In this document: positions 58,629-64,000 of the stretch, in pieces
Layout of the letters: every line of letters begins with the position of its first letter
How positions within the stretch are numbered: the stretch's first letter is position 1
Virus record (IMG/VR): IMGVR_UViG_3300042907_001527
Location: 1 to 64,000 of that record
Strand: one strand, 5' to 3'
DNA: 64,000 nucleotides
DNA from: a virus
The notes under the pieces: generated by a model
Told to the model about the DNA's origin: nothing
Seen by the model: only the letters and a program-made list of their open reading frames with translations
Database searches by the model: none
Program-made: the position numbers and the translations under genes

Positions 58629-60383
58629 ATGAGTAACGTTAGTTTAGAATCAAAGGCAATGTCCATTCTTGAGTCATATGAGGGTGGCAATAACTATATC
58701 TTGGAATTAAAACGTAAATCACAGGTTAATAGAAAATTTTATCCAACAAGGAGTCAATCAGAATACATTATTAATTTTCACAATAAACAACCAAAAGTCG
58801 CAAAAAAATGGGTAATCCTTGACACATACTTTGCTCAGAAATTAGCCGACGACAAATTATATACCGAAATCCCCCAAAAAGTTTGGGTTGAAAAGTTATT
58901 GGCGGATAAAGAAAAGGCTTACCACATTTGGGGTAAAGTTTTTGAAAATGAAGAACTACACGATTTTTGGTTACCAAAGGCCGCAATTATCAAAGACAAT
59001 TCAGTTAAAGATGTGGTAATTGATTACTCTAAGTATTCACATCGTCCACCACTTGAACACCAAAAAGAAGCAATACAAAAATTGGTTGAGAATAAAAAGT
59101 TTATCCTTGCCGACGATATGGGTCTTGGTAAAACAACATCAACAATTATTGCTGCGTTAGAATCAAACTCAAAAAAAGTATTAATCATTTGTCCTGCAAC
59201 ATTAAAAATTAACTGGAAACGTGAGATTGAAAATTACTCAGACAAATCAATCTACATTGCAGAAAGTAAAAATTTCAGTACCGAAGCTGATTTTGTAATC
59301 ATAAACTACGACATAATTAAAAATTTCCATGACCCTAAAAAGAAAAACGAATCTCAAGTCCTTGCGTCCAACTTTGATTTAGTTATTATTGATGAAGCCC
59401 ATTATATTAAGAATGGTACGGCGCAGAGGACGAAACTAATCAATGATATTGTTAAAAATACCGAAAGACTTTGGTTGTTGACAGGTACACCAATGACATC
59501 ACGACCAATCGATTATTTTAATTTATTAAGTATAATTGATTCTCCTGTTGCTAAGAATTGGATGGCATATGCTATCCGTTATTGTTCTGGATACCAATTT
59601 AATGTTGGGGGAAGAAAGATTTGGAATGTAACAGGGGCGTCAAACTTGGAAGAGTTAAGAGACCGAACCTTAGGTTTAACATTAAGAAGATTAAAAGAAA
59701 ATGTTCTTGATTTACCCGATAAGATTATCACACCTGTTTACCTAAGATTGAAATCAAAATTATATGAAAATGTTATGGGAGAATACTATGATTGGTATGA
59801 CAAGAACCCTGACGAATCCAAATCATTAACCGTTCAATTTTCAAAGTTAACAAAAATTAGACAAATTATTGCCGATGAAAAAATTGAACAAACTATTGAA
59901 CTAGCGGAAAATATTCTTGAGCAAGATAAGAAAGTAATCATTTTCTGTAATTTCACCGATTCGTTAAATAAAATTACAGAACATTTTGGTAAAGCTGCAG
60001 TTAAACTTGATGGTTCTATGTCAAAACCCAACAGACAAAACTCCGTTGACCAATTCCAAGATAACCCCAAGATTAAAGTCTTTGTAGGTAATATTAAAGC
60101 GGCTGGTGTCGGTATAACATTAACTGCTGCTGAAGCTGTTATTATGAATGACTTATCATTCCTTCCATCAGACCACGCCCAAGCTGAAGACCGAGCTTAT
60201 CGTTACGGTCAAAAAAATAACGTTTTGGTTTATTATCCAATATTCGAAAATACAATCGAAGGTATCATCTACGATATCCTAAACAACAAAAAACAAGTCA
60301 TTGCAACTGTAATGGGAGACAACCAACATCCAGCAGATGCTGCAGAAGAAATCCTACAAAGAATTAATGAATTGAGATATTAA
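58629..60383 (+). CDS. SNF2-family (SMARCAL1/HARP-like) helicase
   Basis: LADDMGLGKT, IIDEAHYIKN, LTGTP, GVGITLT, QAEDRAYRYGQ. Confidence 0.95.
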   Translation: MSNVSLESKAMSILESYEGGNNYILELKRKSQVNRKFYPTRSQSEYIINFHNKQPKVAKKWVILDTYFAQKLADDKLYTEIPQKVWVEKLLADKEKAYHIWGKVFENEELHDFWLPKAAIIKDNSVKDVVIDYSKYSHRPPLEHQKEAIQKLVENKKFILADDMGLGKTTSTIIAALESNSKKVLIICPATLKINWKREIENYSDKSIYIAESKNFSTEADFVIINYDIIKNFHDPKKKNESQVLASNFDLVIIDEAHYIKNGTAQRTKLINDIVKNTERLWLLTGTPMTSRPIDYFNLLSIIDSPVAKNWMAYAIRYCSGYQFNVGGRKIWNVTGASNLEELRDRTLGLTLRRLKENVLDLPDKIITPVYLRLKSKLYENVMGEYYDWYDKNPDESKSLTVQFSKLTKIRQIIADEKIEQTIELAENILEQDKKVIIFCNFTDSLNKITEHFGKAAVKLDGSMSKPNRQNSVDQFQDNPKIKVFVGNIKAAGVGITLTAAEAVIMNDLSFLPSDHAQAEDRAYRYGQKNNVLVYYPIFENTIEGIIYDILNNKKQVIATVMGDNQHPADAAEEILQRINELRY

Positions 60384-60424
60384 CAAAGAACGGATTATTT
60401 ATATATAACGGATAATCCAATACT

Positions 60425-61954
60425 ATGAAAAAAACAGAAGAGAAAATCCAACAATTAGAGTTACAGATACTTGAAAATCACGTAACCAAAGAAAAAGAGT
60501 TGTTGATTACAGAAATGAAAAAAATCGGAATAGAGAAACTACCTTATTCCTACTCAGCCCTCAAACAGTTTATTGACCCCGAAACCATGAGTTTCCACTA
60601 CAATAAACATTACAAAGGGTATGTTGATAAACTAAACGACGCATTATCAAAGAAAAAATACGGAGATTTAGATTTAGAAAAAATAATTAAAACAATCAGT
60701 CGTTTTGATAAAACAATTCGAAACAACGCAGGTGGAGCATTTAACCACGCATTGTTTTGGAATATGTTAACTCCCGAACCAAAGAAATTAACAGGTGAAC
60801 TTTATAAAAAGATTACCAAACAGTGGGGAACATTCACAAACTTTAAAAAAGAATTTGAAAAACAAGCCAAAGACCGTTTTGGTTCAGGTTGGGTATGGTT
60901 AATTCTAACCTCTAATAATACTTTAAAGATTATGTCAACTCCAAACCAAGATAATCCATTAATGAATGTGATTGAAGGTGGTGGGTTTCCATTGTTGGGG
61001 TTAGATTTATGGGAACACGCTTATTATTTGAAGTACCGAAATAAAAGAGACGAATACATAACAAACTTTTGGAAAGTTGTTAATTGGGAATTTGTAACTA
61101 AAATGTACGAAATGAGAGTTGAAACCAAATTAACAGAATCTACCAAAATGAAACAAATATTAAGTGAGGGTAAATCTGAAATGTGTTCAAAATCTGATAA
61201 CGAATTTTACAGAATGTTATTTAACGTAAATCAAGATATTAAATGGACTTACATGAATGGTATCAATAGAATCCTTAAAGAAGTTTTTAATGAAAATTAT
61301 ATTGAAGTTCCTCCCACTAATCAATTACCGGGTATTTATGATATTGAGGGACCTGGTAGGTCAGTAATTAATAAACTCAACACAAATTACACGGCGTTTT
61401 GTATTTTATTAAAAGATTTAAATCAAGTTATTACAACTATACCAAATAAAAAACCAATCACTTTTACCGATAAAACTCCCGCAGAACAGAAAAAAGAAGT
61501 TGAGAGATTTGTAAATGCGTTAGGACATTTTAAATATAGAATATTTGATAAACAAAGTTCAACATTTATTAATTTATTAAGAACCTTAACAGAAAAAAAT
61601 AATGCAGGTGATAAAAGAGAACAAATTACGTTATCAATCCTTAGAAGATTTTTTGGTCAAAATGCAAAAGTTGAGTTGGTTGGTGGGTTAGGAAATAAAA
61701 AAGATGCAATTCAAGGTGTTGATTTAGAAATATTTAAAGATGGTAAGTTACACACCGCACAAGTTAAACCATTTAGAGAAATGAAAAAAACTGAAAGTGG
61801 AATTGAATTGGAGGGTACCGCAAGTGTTAAATTATATAAAACGGATTGGATGGTTTTTCAACGAGGAAAGAATGTTTTAGTGTTTGATAAAAAACCAAAA
61901 ATTGTTGGTGGTAATTTTGTTTTTCCACTTGATTCACTTTTATATAGTATATAA
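60425..61954 (+). CDS. Fe/Mn superoxide dismutase (Mn-type signatures) fused to a C-terminal PD-(D/E)XK-like domain
   Basis: LPYSYSAL, HYNKH, NAGGAFNH, FGSGW, NQDNP, DLWEHAYY; C-terminal GDKREQ...GVDL...AQVK. Confidence 0.85.
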   Translation: MKKTEEKIQQLELQILENHVTKEKELLITEMKKIGIEKLPYSYSALKQFIDPETMSFHYNKHYKGYVDKLNDALSKKKYGDLDLEKIIKTISRFDKTIRNNAGGAFNHALFWNMLTPEPKKLTGELYKKITKQWGTFTNFKKEFEKQAKDRFGSGWVWLILTSNNTLKIMSTPNQDNPLMNVIEGGGFPLLGLDLWEHAYYLKYRNKRDEYITNFWKVVNWEFVTKMYEMRVETKLTESTKMKQILSEGKSEMCSKSDNEFYRMLFNVNQDIKWTYMNGINRILKEVFNENYIEVPPTNQLPGIYDIEGPGRSVINKLNTNYTAFCILLKDLNQVITTIPNKKPITFTDKTPAEQKKEVERFVNALGHFKYRIFDKQSSTFINLLRTLTEKNNAGDKREQITLSILRRFFGQNAKVELVGGLGNKKDAIQGVDLEIFKDGKLHTAQVKPFREMKKTESGIELEGTASVKLYKTDWMVFQRGKNVLVFDKKPKIVGGNFVFPLDSLLYSI

Positions 61955-61978
61955 TAAACTAAACGATATTTATTAGAT

Positions 61979-63094
61979 ATGTCAGTTATACCAGAACCAG
62001 AAAGGTCAAAAATTTATACGAGAATAAAACATCTATTGGGTGCACCATTAAGAAGTGTTGAAGTCACTGATGAAATGATGGATTCGTTAATGGAATTATC
62101 CATTCAAGATTACGAACAGTATATCTTGAATTGGTTAATTGATAGTCAATGGGTTAACTTGGTTAATCTTAATATGAGTGAAAAATCTGTTGCTCAAGCG
62201 TTAATCACAAGAACAATGGATTTTGAAAAACAATTCTCATATTCATACTCAAAAATTGTGGGACTTCAAGCTGAAGGTCCTTGGGTATTAAAAAAAGATT
62301 ATATTGTTCTTGAAAAAAACAAACAAAACTACGAAATCCCTGCAGGTCGTGAAATAAATGAAGTATTATGGTTTAGTAATCGACCTATTACCGCATTTGG
62401 TATGGGAGGTATTGGTGCTGGAGCAGGTCTTGGTGCAAATGAATCTGGTTTTGCCCAAGTGGGTAATCAGGGTTCTTATTATATGATGTCAGGGTTTGAT
62501 TACTTGATAAGAATGCAAGAAGCGAACATTATAAAAAGAATCCTTGGTGGTTCTTTAACTTATAGAATTACTGCGTTACCTGATGGTAAAAAAGATTTAC
62601 AATTATACAATGCACCTGGTAGTCGATTTAATTGGAGTAATTATAGTCAATACGTTGGTAATGCTGTTTGGTATTGGTACTACGATGTAACACCTGATAG
62701 TAGAGCAGATTGTTTAAAAAATAATCCTGACGTAATTAAAATGCCAAACGAAGTTCCTTTAGAAGAAATGAATTGGGTTGACTTAAATGTTCCCGCACAA
62801 CAATGGGTAAGAAGATGGTTCACCGCATATGTTAAAGAAACGTTAGGTCGAGTTAGAGGAAAATACAGTGGAAATTTAAAGGCTCCTGATTCAGAATTAA
62901 CAATGGACTACACAAGTTTATTAACTGAAGGTAAAGACGAAAAGACAAAGTTGATTGAAGAATTGACAGGGGCTGAAGGTTGGTTAACAAGATTACGTCC
63001 TGAAAAAGTAATGGAAAAAGAAGCGTTACTCGCTGAAAATCTAAATAAACAAATGAAATTCAGAGCAATGCCTCGTCAAATATATGTAATTTAA
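61979..63094 (+). CDS. Neck / head-tail adaptor protein (gp13-like)
   Basis: LGAPLRSVEV, WVRRWFTAYVKETLGRVRGKY, EGKDEK. Confidence 0.8.
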   Translation: MSVIPEPERSKIYTRIKHLLGAPLRSVEVTDEMMDSLMELSIQDYEQYILNWLIDSQWVNLVNLNMSEKSVAQALITRTMDFEKQFSYSYSKIVGLQAEGPWVLKKDYIVLEKNKQNYEIPAGREINEVLWFSNRPITAFGMGGIGAGAGLGANESGFAQVGNQGSYYMMSGFDYLIRMQEANIIKRILGGSLTYRITALPDGKKDLQLYNAPGSRFNWSNYSQYVGNAVWYWYYDVTPDSRADCLKNNPDVIKMPNEVPLEEMNWVDLNVPAQQWVRRWFTAYVKETLGRVRGKYSGNLKAPDSELTMDYTSLLTEGKDEKTKLIEELTGAEGWLTRLRPEKVMEKEALLAENLNKQMKFRAMPRQIYVI

Positions 63095-63097
63095 ATT

Positions 63098-63433
63098 ATG
63101 GCAATTATTAAAACAATACCATCAACAAGATTGATTAATGGTGAAGTTATTGAAACTTCTGAAATTTCAATAGTATCTGAAAAAGAATATAGAACAAATG
63201 GTGAAGAGTGTGTTATCGTTAGAAATGTACAAGAGTCAACAATCATATTAGATTCAAAAACAACAGACCATGTAGTTATAAAATCTATGACTTATTTAAA
63301 AATTAAACCAGATATTGGTAAAATTGATGAAGAGTATGATGAAGTAATTGCTGATAGATACTCATGTATTGAATTTAGATTTTGTGTTGGTAACTGGTAT
63401 ATCTTGTCGTCAGACGGTCTCAAGAATTCCTAA
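63098..63433 (+). CDS. Hypothetical beta-rich protein
   Basis: 111-aa ORF coupled to the neck gene, ending ..GNWYILS. Confidence 0.6.
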   Translation: MAIIKTIPSTRLINGEVIETSEISIVSEKEYRTNGEECVIVRNVQESTIILDSKTTDHVVIKSMTYLKIKPDIGKIDEEYDEVIADRYSCIEFRFCVGNWYILSSDGLKNS

Positions 63434-64000
63434 TTTTTCTTTCCAATCCTCTTCAGCAAAATCATACATATAATCAGAACTTAAACCTCTTCTTTCCCAA
63501 TAATTTAATTCTTGTTCTGTTATATCAAGTACGTCTTCTTGTAATCTATCTTGGTCACCATTACCTAATGGATGTCCATTGATAAGTTCACATTGTGACT
63601 TTGTAAAAATACCCCTATTTTCAGGGTCATTAACAATTAAGTTATTTCTAACCTCGTCTTGAAATACAACCATCAATGGTTCCATTCTTTTGTTAAATGT
63701 AGTAATTGCTCTTGGTATATTATAATCACCTGTTAAATTAGGGTCATTTTCCAAAATGTCTTTGTGTAACATATAACAATTGATTTGAACTCCGTCTCCT
63801 TTTTTCTGAACATCACCATGTGAAGCTCTTAATCCATTATTCACATACATAATAACATCACCAAGATTTACCGCAAGATTTTCTTGTATTGCAAGTTCCA
63901 TGTGAGCCATTCGACTCATACTATTACCCGATTTAGTTTTAGTTGTTAATCTTTTCTTATAGTCATCTACAGATAGTTTAACTTTTGCTCGTTGAGCAAT
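63410..64000 (-). CDS. Family B DNA polymerase, C-terminal part (extends beyond window)
   Basis: Frame open to 64000 (IAQRAKVKLSVDDYKKR...AHMELA...LGDVIMYV), resembling a PolB thumb region. Confidence 0.7.
   Translation of the reverse strand: MAQRAKVKLSVDDYKKRLTTKTKSGNSMSRMAHMELAIQENLAVNLGDVIMYVNNGLRASHGDVQKKGDGVQINCYMLHKDILENDPNLTGDYNIPRAITTFNKRMEPLMVVFQDEVRNNLIVNDPENRGIFTKSQCELINGHPLGNGDQDRLQEDVLDITEQELNYWERRGLSSDYMYDFAEEDWKEKLGILETV

Larger units (their letters stand above)
4035..61973. promoter_or_regulatory. Dispersed sense-strand TATTTAT motif, putative late promoter (at least 14 copies)
   Basis: Minus-strand genes: 4035, 14875, 23605, 26001, 33123, 36327, 48990, 50984, 52551, 56738, 58580; plus-strand genes: 56782, 60396, 61967; each 5-77 nt upstream of a start. 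Confidence 0.7.

Noticed and set aside
1-64000. Stop-codon reassignment as in some large phages
   Set aside because: Genes are full length under the standard code and TAA, TAG (2897, 52610) and TGA (8810, 51147) all act as stops
1-64000. tRNA or other structured RNA genes
   Set aside because: Intergenic gaps are short and AT-rich; only terminator-like hairpins were seen by eye (tRNAscan and Infernal not run)

Overview
AT-rich, densely coding segment of a large T4-like contractile-tailed (myovirus) phage genome, standard genetic code. The host is probably a Bacteroidota species (SprB-like repeats, no Shine-Dalgarno sites, A-rich translation starts). From left to right: (i) 1-11 kb, a hypervariable fibre/adhesin region with a Pro-free Gly-X-Y protein missed by the ORF track, three Thr/Pro mucin-like proteins built from shuffled modules, recombination scars and an SprB-repeat protein; (ii) 11-26 kb, baseplate and unknown structural genes ending in gp6- and gp25-like genes; (iii) 26-35 kb, a replication block (nrdA, nrdB, DnaB/gp41 helicase, 5'-3' exonuclease, RHH+HNH cassette, RecA/UvsX, gp32-like SSB); (iv) 35-59 kb, giant hub, gp53-like, tube-initiator, tape measure, chaperone, tube, HAD phosphatase, sheath and neck genes; (v) 59-64 kb, SNF2 helicase, a superoxide dismutase fused to a PD-(D/E)XK-like domain, a gp13-like neck gene and the 3' end of a family B DNA polymerase. 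The strongest candidates for undescribed biology are the SOD-nuclease fusion, the modular fibre-diversification locus with stacked orphan C-termini, an OmpA-like domain inside the tube initiator, a probable +1/-2 chaperone frameshift, two unannotated RHH genes and a recurring sense-strand TATTTAT motif. All assignments come from motif recognition by eye; no database searches were run.
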